Shown in pieces: positions 8,905 through 18,046 of a stretch of DNA of 64,000 nt. The position numbers were made by a program, and so were the translations under genes. Under the pieces are notes generated by a model. That model saw only the letters and a list, made by a program, of their open reading frames with translations, had not been told where the DNA came from and did no database searches. Source of the DNA: a bacterium (lineage in GTDB: Bacteria > JAAXHH01); contig OZ220749.1 in the NCBI GenBank assembly GCA_965117045.1, positions 1,156,812-1,220,811 on the forward strand, given 5' to 3'. Position 1 is the stretch's first letter, and each line of letters begins with the position of its first letter.

Positions 8905-10396
8905 TCCGCGCCAGGATCCAGCTGACCGCCGTGCCGACCCCCAGGTTCACGGCCAGGGCCATCGGACTGATCCACATGAAGCTGACCGGGTCGTTCCCGT
9001 CGGGCAACATGCCGAAGAGCGGACCGGAGAAGGCGATCAGCGAGGCGGTGAGGACGCCGCATACGGCGCCAGCGACGACGCCTGCCGGACGGGCGAAGGG
9101 CACGAACAGCGCGAAGAAGAACAGGGCGAATATGGGCGTAGTCAACAGGTTCGAGGTCTTGTTGGTCACCGCCGTGATGTTGCCGGGCACCAGTTCCATC
9201 AGCGAACTCGCACCGACGACAATGGCCCCGATGACGAAAGCGAGGGTTTTGGCCGTGCGCGTCAAGTGCTTCTCGGTGGCCGGCGACCTCCTGAACCGGT
9301 CGATGAAATCCGTCGAAACCACCGCCGTGATCGCGTTCACCCCGGAGTCCAGACTCGACATGGCGGCCGCGAACATGGCGGCGACCACGAGTCCGGATAC
9401 GCCCGGTGGCAGGTAGTAGGCGATATAGTGGGGGAACACATGGTCCGCCTGTCCGTCGAGGTCGGCGCCGGCGGGCAAAAGGCCGGGCTGGTCCTGGAAG
9501 AAGCCGAGGAGCGCGAATCCCGCGACCCACAGCGTGACCCCGATACAGAGCCCCACCAGTTGCTGGGTCAGGTAGGACCGCCGGGCCGCCCGGGCGTCGG
9601 TGGTCGCCATGAACCGCTGCACCACGGTCTGGTCGCCGCCGGCCGTCGCGATCGCCCATGTCATGGACGCCAACATCGAACCGATCACGGTCAGGCGCAC
9701 GGACGGGTCCAGGCTGAATACCGGCTGGGCATCCCAGTGGGGTTGCCAGACGCTCGGCATCCAGCCGAATCCATCGAAATGCATGGTCACCGTGATGATG
9801 ACCAGTATCGCGCCTCCGAGCATAAGCAGGGTTTGCATCGTGTCGGTGATCACGACGGCCCGCAGGCCGCCCAGCGACGTGTAAATCACCGCGACGAGCC
9901 CGGTAACCAGCGTAATGACGGGGATCCAGTCATCGCCCACGCCCAGCATGACGGTCATAGCCTTGGCGGACAGGTAGATCAGCAGGGCCATCCAGACCAG
10001 CCTGAGCAGGATGAACATCACCGCGCCCAGCAGGCGGATGCCCACGCCGAGCCGGTCCTCCAGCAGTTCATAGGCGCTCGTCACCCGCGTCCGCATATAA
10101 ACGGGGATCAGCCCGTACCCCACCACGAAAAAGATGATCGGAATCGTCAGGTAGTTGAGCATCCAGACGGGCCCCTTGCCGATGGCCTCGCCCGGAATGG
10201 ACAGGTAGGAGATGGTACTGAGCAGCGTGGCGAACAGCGAGAAGCCAATGAGCGTCGGAGGCATGCGGCCCCCGCCGGTGAAATACTCACGGACGGTGCT
10301 CTGCCTGCGGCTGTAGTAATAACCCAGCGATATCGTCGCCAGGGCGTATCCGATGATGATGGTCCAGTCGACGGGCGTCAGTCCGCCGGGAGTCAT
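8876..10396 (-). CDS. sodium:solute symporter (SSS family)
   Basis: The 506-aa polytopic membrane protein has an SSF-type N-terminus (DWTIIIGYALATISLGYYYSRR...REYFTGGGRMPP). Confidence 0.8.
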   Translation of the reverse strand: MTPGGLTPVDWTIIIGYALATISLGYYYSRRQSTVREYFTGGGRMPPTLIGFSLFATLLSTISYLSIPGEAIGKGPVWMLNYLTIPIIFFVVGYGLIPVYMRTRVTSAYELLEDRLGVGIRLLGAVMFILLRLVWMALLIYLSAKAMTVMLGVGDDWIPVITLVTGLVAVIYTSLGGLRAVVITDTMQTLLMLGGAILVIITVTMHFDGFGWMPSVWQPHWDAQPVFSLDPSVRLTVIGSMLASMTWAIATAGGDQTVVQRFMATTDARAARRSYLTQQLVGLCIGVTLWVAGFALLGFFQDQPGLLPAGADLDGQADHVFPHYIAYYLPPGVSGLVVAAMFAAAMSSLDSGVNAITAVVSTDFIDRFRRSPATEKHLTRTAKTLAFVIGAIVVGASSLMELVPGNITAVTNKTSNLLTTPIFALFFFALFVPFARPAGVVAGAVCGVLTASLIAFSGPLFGMLPDGNDPVSFMWISPMALAVNLGVGTAVSWILARNGKPNHATG

Positions 10397-10460
10397 GGAT
10401 CCTCGCTTCCAATACGTAGTGTATACATTGTATCTACAGGTCGACGGGTAGCACGCGCGG

Positions 10461-11876
10461 TTAGGGTATGGCGGCGACCCGTACGAAGTCCGTGTGTCCG
10501 GGTCCCGCCGACGGCGATCCGCCGACGATGACGATGTGGTCTCCCCGGTTGAGGCCGCCGGCCTGCCGGGCCGCGTCGAGCGACGTGCGGATCATCCCGT
10601 CCGTCGTGTCGAACTCGGCGCACAGCACCGGTTTGACGCCCCACACCAGGGCGAGTCGGCGGACGGTCGCCACCTCCGGGCTGACGGCGATGATCGGCAC
10701 GCTTGTGCGGTGTCGTGCGGCCACCCGCGCGGTGTGACCCGACCGCGTGCAACAGACGATGGCCTTCGCTCCCGCATCTACGGCCAGTACGCAGGATGCA
10801 TGGCTGATCGCCTCCGAAACTTCGGGAATCCCCCGCCGCTCCGGGTTTCCATGCGTCTTTCGCTGGAACAACCTGGCTTCGGCCTGTTCCGCGATGGACG
10901 CCAGCGCGCGCACGGACTCCACCGGGTAGGCGCCGGTGGCGCTTTCTTCCGAAAGCATCACCGCGTCCGATCCGTCGAGGACCGCATTGGCCACGTCGGC
11001 GGCCTCCGCCCGCGTCGGCCGTGGATTCTCGACCATGGACCGCAGCATCTGCGTGGCCGTGACGACCGGCCGTGCGGCCTGCAGGGCCTTGGCGATGATG
11101 TCCTTCTGCACCAGCGGGACATCCTCGTAGGGGATTTCCACGCCCAGGTCTCCCCGCGCGACCATGAGCGCATCCACGGCCGGCAGGATCTCGTCGAGCG
11201 CGTCCACAGCCTCCGGTTTCTCTATCTTCGCCATCAAGGGCAGGCTCGACCCCCGGTCGTCCAACATCCTGCGAGCATGCAACACGTCATCCCGGTTGCG
11301 GACGAAGGACAGCGCGGCCATATCCACGCCCATGTCGAGCCCTTCCAGCAGCAGTTCCCGGTCCTTTTCCGTGAAGGCGTTGATTCCCGTCGCACCGCGC
11401 GGTACCGTGATGCCCTTGTGATCGGAGAGCGAACCTCCGAGGAGTACTTTGCACCGGATATCGGGCGGTTCCACCGCCTCGATACGCAGTTCGACCAGGC
11501 CGTCGGCCAGCAACAGGCGCTGTCCCGGCCGTACCTCCTCCGGAAGGCGTGCGTAATTCACCGACACCCTGGCCCGGTTGCCGGGCACCGGTTCCGCAGT
11601 CAGGATGAAGTCGTCGCCCGCACCGAGGTGAACGGGACCATGCTGAAACGTGCCGATGCGGATCTTAGGGCCGGGCAGGTCCTGGAGGATCGCGACGGGC
11701 TTGCCGAGGTCGTCCGCGGCGGACCGGATGCGTTGGACGCTGCGCCTGTGATCGTCCGGGGCGCCATGGGAGAAATTGAGACGGAAGACGTCTACGCCGG
11801 CCTCGAGTACCTGGCGGATCATCTCGGGCGAACTGATGGCGGGACCCACGGTGCAAACGATTTTGGTACGTCGCAT
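10461..11876 (-). CDS. pyk: pyruvate kinase
   Basis: MRRTKIVCTVGPA...RLNFSHG...MVARGDLGVEIP are canonical pyruvate kinase motifs. The start was moved to the internal MRRTKIV. Confidence 0.9.
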   Translation of the reverse strand: MRRTKIVCTVGPAISSPEMIRQVLEAGVDVFRLNFSHGAPDDHRRSVQRIRSAADDLGKPVAILQDLPGPKIRIGTFQHGPVHLGAGDDFILTAEPVPGNRARVSVNYARLPEEVRPGQRLLLADGLVELRIEAVEPPDIRCKVLLGGSLSDHKGITVPRGATGINAFTEKDRELLLEGLDMGVDMAALSFVRNRDDVLHARRMLDDRGSSLPLMAKIEKPEAVDALDEILPAVDALMVARGDLGVEIPYEDVPLVQKDIIAKALQAARPVVTATQMLRSMVENPRPTRAEAADVANAVLDGSDAVMLSEESATGAYPVESVRALASIAEQAEARLFQRKTHGNPERRGIPEVSEAISHASCVLAVDAGAKAIVCCTRSGHTARVAARHRTSVPIIAVSPEVATVRRLALVWGVKPVLCAEFDTTDGMIRTSLDAARQAGGLNRGDHIVIVGGSPSAGPGHTDFVRVAAIP

Positions 11877-11895
11877 CGGTCCGTCCTTTCGCGGG

Positions 11896-11945
11896 CCGGG
11901 CACCGGAGCGGAGGATGGGGCCGGGCACCGGAGCGGAGGATGGGG
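11896..11945. repeat. perfect 25-bp tandem duplication (ccgggcaccggagcggaggatgggg x2) in the ileS-pyk intergenic region
   Basis: Read directly from the sequence. The two copies are identical and adjacent, with a partial third (ccgga) following. Confidence 0.85.
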
Positions 11946-11980
11946 CCGGAATGGACCGGGTGGAACCAGGCCACCGAAGC

Positions 11981-14900
11981 TTACTTCAACACCCCGATGC
12001 GGGCGACGTGCTCACCGAGCCTGAGTTCACCCGAGTGGGCGTCACCGGGTACGGGCTCGTCACGGAGTACCGTCGACAGCGTTTCCGTCCTGATGTAGTC
12101 GGCATGGGCATCGATAGCCTCGGCCAGGTCGCCGTCCGCTTCGTAGTAGAGCGTGATCCGGTCGTCCACGTTGAAATCGGCTTCCTTGCGGAGATTCTGC
12201 ACGTGTCGGACGAAGTCCCGCATCAGCCCCTCGAGCAGGAGATCGCGGGTTACCGTCGTGTCGATGGCGACCGTGCATCCGAAGTCCGAAGTGACGGACA
12301 GTCCGTCCATGTCCACCCGTTCGACCTCGAGCTCTTCGGGGGACAGCTCGACCCGTTCACCGTCCACCTCGAGCATGAGGACCTCGCCGCCCGCGACCAG
12401 GGCGCCCGTCTCGTCGCCGTCCAATGCCTCCAGCGCCTGCCGTACGGCGTTGATCCGCTTGCCGAACCGGGGACCCCACTTCGAAAAGACCGGCTTCACT
12501 GCGTATCCGCGAAACGCATCGTCGCTGTCGACCAGGTTCAGTGTCTTCACGTTCAGTTCTTCCAGCACCTGCGCGCGCAGCCGCTCGATGGTTTTGCCCT
12601 GCCGGGCGGTCGCGGGTTTTACCAGCAACCGGATCGCCGGCTGGCGGACCTTCATCCGGGCATCGTTGCGCGCGGAACGGCCCAGTTCGATCACCTGCAT
12701 CAGGTCGTCCATGTCGTCCATGAGATCCTGGTCGATGAGTTCGCCGGACGCCTCCGGGTATGGGCAGAGATGGACGCTTTCCGGCGCCGATGCGTCGACG
12801 GGAGGGACCAGGCTCCGGTAGAGTTCCTCGGCGGAGAAAGGGAGTATGGGCGCGGTCAGCCTGCTCATCGTCACCAGCACTTCGTAGAGCGTCTGGATGG
12901 CCGACTGCTTGTCCTCGTCATCGCCGCTCTTCCAGAAGCGCCGCCTGCTCCGGCGGACGTACCAGGTGGAGAGCACGTCGATGAACCGTTCCGTTTCTCG
13001 GACCACCGCCGCCGAATCGAAATGGTCCATCCGGTCGTTGCAATGGCGGATCAGCTGATGAAGCCGCGAGAGCACCCAGCGGTCGAGTTCGCTGCGGCCC
13101 GATGCGGGGGCGGAAGCGGAAATCGGCGGGCAATCCGGCAAGTTGGCGTAGGTCACGAAAAACGCGTAGACGTTCCACAGCCGCAGCATCTTCCGGGTCA
13201 CTTCCTCGGCGGGCCCGTAGCCGAAACGGAAGACCATGTTCAGCGGTGCGCCGGCGTACTGCCACCTCATCACGTCGGCGCCCATGCGCGCCGTGGCGTC
13301 CTCTACCGCGATCGCGTTGTCACCGCTCTTGCTGAAGGGCTCGCTGTTTTCGTCTCTCATCTCTTCGTAGGTGAGCACAGCCTTGAACGGCGACCGGTCG
13401 TACAGGGTCACCGACATGAACAGCTGGGAATAGAACCACAGCCTGATCTGTTCCCGCATTTCCGTGATCCAGTCCGCGGGGGACCACGATTCCCAGGTGG
13501 ATTCAGGACCGGGCGGGGCAACACCCGCCTTGTCTCTTTCGGCTTCCGGTCCGCGCTCCGACCGGATCGTGCCTTCGATCCCGTGGTGTTCCGGCAGGTA
13601 ATTCAAGGTCGAAAAGGGTACGATGCCGGCATCGAGCCAGCAGTCGCCCACTTCGGTCACCCGGCGGGCGGCCTCGCCGCACCGCTCGCAGGTGATTGCG
13701 ATTTCGTCGATCCACGGGCGGTGGAGTTCGGGCAGGTCGTCGACGAGCGCGGGATCCACGGCTCGCTCGCGCAGTTCGGCCGTGCTGCCGATGACATTGA
13801 TGTGGTCGCAACTGCCGCAACAGTAAAAGGGCAGGGGCAGCCCCCAGAATCGGCGGCGGGATATGCACCAGTCGCCCATGTTGTCCAGCCAGTCCTGCAT
13901 CAGGAGACCGCTGTACTCGGGTACCCATTGGACCGTGGCGGCGGCCCGCTTCATCGGCGCCCTGATCTCGTCCGCGGAAATGAACCACTCGTCGGCCAGG
14001 CGGAAGACCAGGGGGGTCTTGCACCGCCAGCAGAAGGGATACCTGTGCGTATAGTCTTCCCAGCGGAACAGCACGTCCCTGGATTCCAGCTCGCGCCGGA
14101 CGCCCTCGGCCGAATCCCGTACATGGGTAGAGGCGAGCGGACCAATATCGTCCGTGAAATAACCGTTCTCGTCGATCGGCACGATGATGTCAAGGTCCAG
14201 TTCCTGTCCGAGTTGATAGTCCTCGGCGCCGCAACCCGGCGCGATATGGACGATGCCCGTGCCTTCCTCGTCCGAGACCATGTCCCAGGCGACGGTGGCG
14301 CGGTTGACCTCCCGCTGCGCCGGAAGATCCTCCAGCGGACCGTGGAACGGCAGGCCGATCAGGTCCTCCCCCTTCACCGTCTCGACGACTTCGGCCTCCG
14401 TCGGCAATACCGTATCGACGAGAGTTTTCATCAGGTAGTAGTGTGTGCCGTCCAGGGTCGCCTTCGCGTATTCGGCTTCCGGATGCAGTGCCAGGGCCGT
14501 GTTGGCCGTCAACGTCCACGGCGTGGTGGTCCAGACGAGGAAGTACTCGTTTTCACGGCCGCCGACGCGGCAGCGGAAGAAACAGGAGGGGTCGGTCTGT
14601 TCCTGGTAGGAGTCCACCAGTTCGTGCTGGCTCAGGCTGGTGCCGCACCGCCAGCACCAGGGCATGGACCGGTGGCCCCTGTACAGCCATTTCCGGTCGT
14701 CGCAGGCCTTCAGAAAATGCCAGATATGTTCGATATTGTTGTCGTCCAGCGTGAAGTAGGACGCCGGGTGGCCGTCTTCATGGTACCACTGCATCCAGTG
14801 GCCCATGCGGATGGACTGCCGCGTGATCCGCTCCGCGTACTCGTCCACCCTCGCGCGGCAGGCCCGGGAAAACTCCGCCAGGCCGAAGGTCTCGATATCC

Positions 14901-15229
14901 CGCTTCGAATCGAATCCCAGCGCACGTTCGACCTCGACTTCCACCCAGAGACCCTGGCAGTCGAACCCGTTCTGCCACCGCTGGTTGAACCCCTTCATGG
15001 CCTTGTAGCGGCAGTACATGTCCTTGTACGTCCGGCCCCAGGCGTGGTGGACGCCCATGGCGTTGTTGGCGGTAATCGGGCCGTCGATGAAGGACCAGGT
15101 GGGACGGTCCGCCAATTGCGCACGCAATTTGTCGAAAATCCGGTGATCCGCCCACCATGCGAGAATGCGCTCCTCCATGGCGGGGTATTCCATCTTTCCT
15201 TCAAAGGGCTTGAACATCTGGCCAGACAC
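11981..15229 (-). CDS. ileS: isoleucyl-tRNA synthetase, type 2 (eukaryote-like)
   Basis: The 1082-aa product has HIGH-region (AWGRTYKD context) and KMSKS-region homology. The architecture is type-2 IleS. The start may be the internal MEYPAMEERIL around 15193. Confidence 0.9.
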   Translation of the reverse strand: MSGQMFKPFEGKMEYPAMEERILAWWADHRIFDKLRAQLADRPTWSFIDGPITANNAMGVHHAWGRTYKDMYCRYKAMKGFNQRWQNGFDCQGLWVEVEVERALGFDSKRDIETFGLAEFSRACRARVDEYAERITRQSIRMGHWMQWYHEDGHPASYFTLDDNNIEHIWHFLKACDDRKWLYRGHRSMPWCWRCGTSLSQHELVDSYQEQTDPSCFFRCRVGGRENEYFLVWTTTPWTLTANTALALHPEAEYAKATLDGTHYYLMKTLVDTVLPTEAEVVETVKGEDLIGLPFHGPLEDLPAQREVNRATVAWDMVSDEEGTGIVHIAPGCGAEDYQLGQELDLDIIVPIDENGYFTDDIGPLASTHVRDSAEGVRRELESRDVLFRWEDYTHRYPFCWRCKTPLVFRLADEWFISADEIRAPMKRAAATVQWVPEYSGLLMQDWLDNMGDWCISRRRFWGLPLPFYCCGSCDHINVIGSTAELRERAVDPALVDDLPELHRPWIDEIAITCERCGEAARRVTEVGDCWLDAGIVPFSTLNYLPEHHGIEGTIRSERGPEAERDKAGVAPPGPESTWESWSPADWITEMREQIRLWFYSQLFMSVTLYDRSPFKAVLTYEEMRDENSEPFSKSGDNAIAVEDATARMGADVMRWQYAGAPLNMVFRFGYGPAEEVTRKMLRLWNVYAFFVTYANLPDCPPISASAPASGRSELDRWVLSRLHQLIRHCNDRMDHFDSAAVVRETERFIDVLSTWYVRRSRRRFWKSGDDEDKQSAIQTLYEVLVTMSRLTAPILPFSAEELYRSLVPPVDASAPESVHLCPYPEASGELIDQDLMDDMDDLMQVIELGRSARNDARMKVRQPAIRLLVKPATARQGKTIERLRAQVLEELNVKTLNLVDSDDAFRGYAVKPVFSKWGPRFGKRINAVRQALEALDGDETGALVAGGEVLMLEVDGERVELSPEELEVERVDMDGLSVTSDFGCTVAIDTTVTRDLLLEGLMRDFVRHVQNLRKEADFNVDDRITLYYEADGDLAEAIDAHADYIRTETLSTVLRDEPVPGDAHSGELRLGEHVARIGVLK

Positions 15230-15477
15230 AGGAAACTCGATGCTCCACGGGTTAATCGGACGACGAAGCGTTCTGCTGTTTTACCTGCACCAGGCATTCG
15301 GGAATCGCTGCCTGAAGGGCATGTCTGACGATCCGGAATGCCGGTCTGAAAATAGGCCGTAAGGGTGTGTTGCACAAGGTAATTCTGGCTGGCGGCCGGG
15401 TGGACGGCAAGGCTTGCGGCAGCGCTGGCGATCAAGTGGACGACCGGGTTGGCGGCAACGAACACCGGGCGGTGGTT

Positions 15478-16179
15478 TCAGTCCTCGCCGTCCATGACCG
15501 GGAACCGGTTCAGTTCGTCCCTGCGTGCACGCCAGTCGGGCATGTGCCGGTCGAGGATGCCCCAGAAGCGTCGATTGTGCGAGGGTTCGATCAGGTGGGC
15601 CATTTCGTGGACGATCACGTACTCGAGGCAATGCATCGGCTTCTTGGCCAGTTCCAGGCTCAGCCAGATCCGGCCGTTTCGGACGCTGCAGCTTCCCCAG
15701 CGGGTTCTCATCTTACGGATACGCCATTCCTTCACCGTCACGCCCATGAACGGTTCCCATACCGCGATCAGGCGCGGGATGCTCGTTTTCAGCCGTTCGC
15801 GGTACCACCCGTCGAGCAGGTCCGCCCGCTCGTCCGGGCCGGTATCCGGACGAACGCGCATTTCCAGCGTCGAATCGTCCAGGAGACCGATGTGCGGCGG
15901 CCCCTCATGGTTGGTGACGTTCAATACGCGTGCAATCCCCTCCACGTAATGGCGCTCGCCCGATACCCAGGACCGGGCGGATTCCCGCTCCCTCCGGCGC
16001 TGTCTTTCCTGCTGCCTCCGCACCCAGGGCATGCGTCTTTCCACGGCCTGACGAATCGCATCATCGCCGACGCGGAGCGGCGCGGAGACCCTCAAGCGGC
16101 CGTCGGGCGGCCCCACCCTCAGGTAAAGGTGACGGATCCGCTTCCGGTGGACTTCCACTTCGATATCGTCCACGCGCAA
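15478..16179 (-). CDS. M48-like zinc metallohydrolase, DUF45/YgjP family
   Basis: HEMAHL is a zinc-binding HExxH. The size and layout are YgjP-like. Confidence 0.65.
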   Translation of the reverse strand: MRVDDIEVEVHRKRIRHLYLRVGPPDGRLRVSAPLRVGDDAIRQAVERRMPWVRRQQERQRRRERESARSWVSGERHYVEGIARVLNVTNHEGPPHIGLLDDSTLEMRVRPDTGPDERADLLDGWYRERLKTSIPRLIAVWEPFMGVTVKEWRIRKMRTRWGSCSVRNGRIWLSLELAKKPMHCLEYVIVHEMAHLIEPSHNRRFWGILDRHMPDWRARRDELNRFPVMDGED

Positions 16180-16437
16180 ATGGTGTATCTTTGCTGCCCT
16201 GGCCGCTGCGATAGCTCGCTCTCTTTCACATTATCGCTTCGAAATAATGACCCAGCGGACCGACCCTTTCGAAACGAACCGGCCGTACACGCCCATGATC
16301 TCCTGACGATTCCGCAATATAGGACGGAAATCGGACCTTTAAAAGGAGAACCAAACGATCTCCCGGCCCGACTAACCGGTTTGACTTTGATCATGCCAAC
16401 CCGTTAGTTTCAAGATACATGAAGAAACCTTCGGAGT
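16180..16437. promoter_or_regulatory. low-GC divergent intergenic region (promoters for the DUF45 gene and the sulfatase)
   Basis: GC is markedly lower (ttatcgcttcgaaataatga...tttaaaaggagaaccaaacg) and the genes on either side point away from each other. Confidence 0.3.
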
Positions 16438-17892
16438 ATGCAGCCGTATGAAACACGCTCCTGGAACACCAGGCCGGGAAAGGGACGCGATTTGAGCCGC
16501 GACAAGCCTAATATCCTGTTCTTCTTTACAGACGACCAGCGCTTCGATACGATTCGCGCGCTGGGAAATCCCCTGGTGCACACGCCCGTCATGGACCGGC
16601 TGGTCGCCCGGGGCGTGTCGTTTACGCACGCCCATATCCCCGGGGGCACGTCGGCCGCCATATGCATGCCCAGCCGGGCCATGCTGCACACCGGCCGCAC
16701 CCTCTTCCGTCTCGACGGCGCCGGCGCGGACATTCCGCCGGAGCACACGCTGATGGGGGAATACCTGCGGTCCCATGGCTACCGCACCTGGGGCACGGGC
16801 AAGTGGCACAACGGCGTCCCGTCCTACGCCCGCAGTTTCTCGGACGGCGCGGAGATCTTCTTCGGGGGCATGGACGACCACTGGAATGTACCGGTCTTCG
16901 ACTACGACCCGGAGGGGAAGTACGAAGGCACGCTGCCCCAGTGTCCGGATGCCTTCCGCTCGAACGACGTGAACATCCGCAAAGGGGACCACGTGCATGC
17001 CGGGCGTCATTCCAGCGAGATCTTCGCCGACTGTGCCGCCGAGTGGTTGAAGGGCTATGATTCCGAAGATCCCTTTTTCATGTATGTCTCGTTCATGGCG
17101 CCCCACGATCCCAGGACCATGCCCCGGGCGTTCCTGGACATGTACGATCCAGAGGCCATCCCGCTGCCGCGGAACTTCATGGGCGGCCATCCCTTCGATA
17201 ACGGCGACCTGAAGGTACGAGACGAGGTCTTGGAAACGTTTCCGCGGGATCCCGCGCGCGTGCGGCGCCACATCGCCGAATACTACGCGATGATATCCCA
17301 CCTGGACGCGCAGATGGGGCGGGTCATGCAGGCGCTGGAAGACCGCGGCCTGGCGGACGACACCCTCGTCGTCTTCGCGGGGGACAACGGCCTGGCGATC
17401 GGCCAGCACGGGCTGTTCGGCAAGCAGAACCTCTACGAGCACAGCATACGCGTGCCCCTGGTCTTCGCCGGGCCCGGCATCCCGTGCGGTGTCCGGTGCA
17501 CCGCTTACGCGTACCTGCTCGATATCTTCCCCACGCTGTGCGATCTGGCGGGACTGGATACACCCGGTTCCGTGGAGGGGATGAGTCTGGCGCCGACGTT
17601 CGACGATCCCGGCGCACGCCCGAGGGACACGCTGTTCGCCGCCTACCGCCAGTGGCAGCGCATGGTGAAGGACGACCGGTACAAACTGATCGAGTACGTG
17701 GTCGACGGGCGCCGTACGACGCAGCTGTTCGACCTGGAACGCGACCCCCTGGAATGCCGCAATCTGGCCGGCGAAGCTGCTCATGCCGACCGGCTTGCGG
17801 CCCTTCGATCCAGGCTTGCCGACTGGCGGGACGAATGGGGAGACGCGGACAGCGAATGGGGCCGGGCCTTCTGGGGCGGTTACGACGCGTGA
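16438..17892 (+). CDS. sulfatase (Cys-type, formylglycine-dependent)
   Basis: LFFFTDDQRFD is followed by CMPSRAMLHTGR, the C-x-P-x-R formylglycine motif. The 484-aa product has the alkaline-phosphatase-superfamily layout. Confidence 0.85.
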   Translation: MQPYETRSWNTRPGKGRDLSRDKPNILFFFTDDQRFDTIRALGNPLVHTPVMDRLVARGVSFTHAHIPGGTSAAICMPSRAMLHTGRTLFRLDGAGADIPPEHTLMGEYLRSHGYRTWGTGKWHNGVPSYARSFSDGAEIFFGGMDDHWNVPVFDYDPEGKYEGTLPQCPDAFRSNDVNIRKGDHVHAGRHSSEIFADCAAEWLKGYDSEDPFFMYVSFMAPHDPRTMPRAFLDMYDPEAIPLPRNFMGGHPFDNGDLKVRDEVLETFPRDPARVRRHIAEYYAMISHLDAQMGRVMQALEDRGLADDTLVVFAGDNGLAIGQHGLFGKQNLYEHSIRVPLVFAGPGIPCGVRCTAYAYLLDIFPTLCDLAGLDTPGSVEGMSLAPTFDDPGARPRDTLFAAYRQWQRMVKDDRYKLIEYVVDGRRTTQLFDLERDPLECRNLAGEAAHADRLAALRSRLADWRDEWGDADSEWGRAFWGGYDA

Positions 17893-18046
17893 GGTATTTC
17901 ACCCGGCGAATTGTCGTGCATACTTTAGCGTATATACAATGTAAAAATCGGGCGAAGGCGTCCGATAGTTTGAACGCTTCCGCCCGATCAGGCTCCACCT
18001 CAACGGTCGTCAGGCCGGGACCGACCGGTTCCCCGCGCTGTGGTCA

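Noticed and set aside
11915-15328. 1137-aa ORF on the + strand, antisense to ileS.
   Set aside because: Same reasoning: low-complexity RPG-rich product antisense to a confidently identified aaRS. The same applies to the other long antisense or out-of-frame ORFs in the track: 5195-6262, 6379-7614, 7499-8644, 8888-10531, 10494-12098, 15367-16407, 16372-17784, 20361-21371, 20641-21384, 21501-23486, 22546-23820, 23941-24969, 25099-27450, 25364-26215, 27851-29479, 35699-37012, 37232-38113, 37314-38441, 38537-39133, 39382-40482, 41042-41923, 41917-42825, 43211-44068, 44185-44952, 44289-45176, 45353-46372, 45432-46382, 46646-47734, 47747-48358, 48669-49319, 49817-50950, 52783-54075, 55234-55761, 55326-55967, 56467-57660, 58839-59489, 60559-61500, 60864-61949, 61798-62334, 62130-63911.
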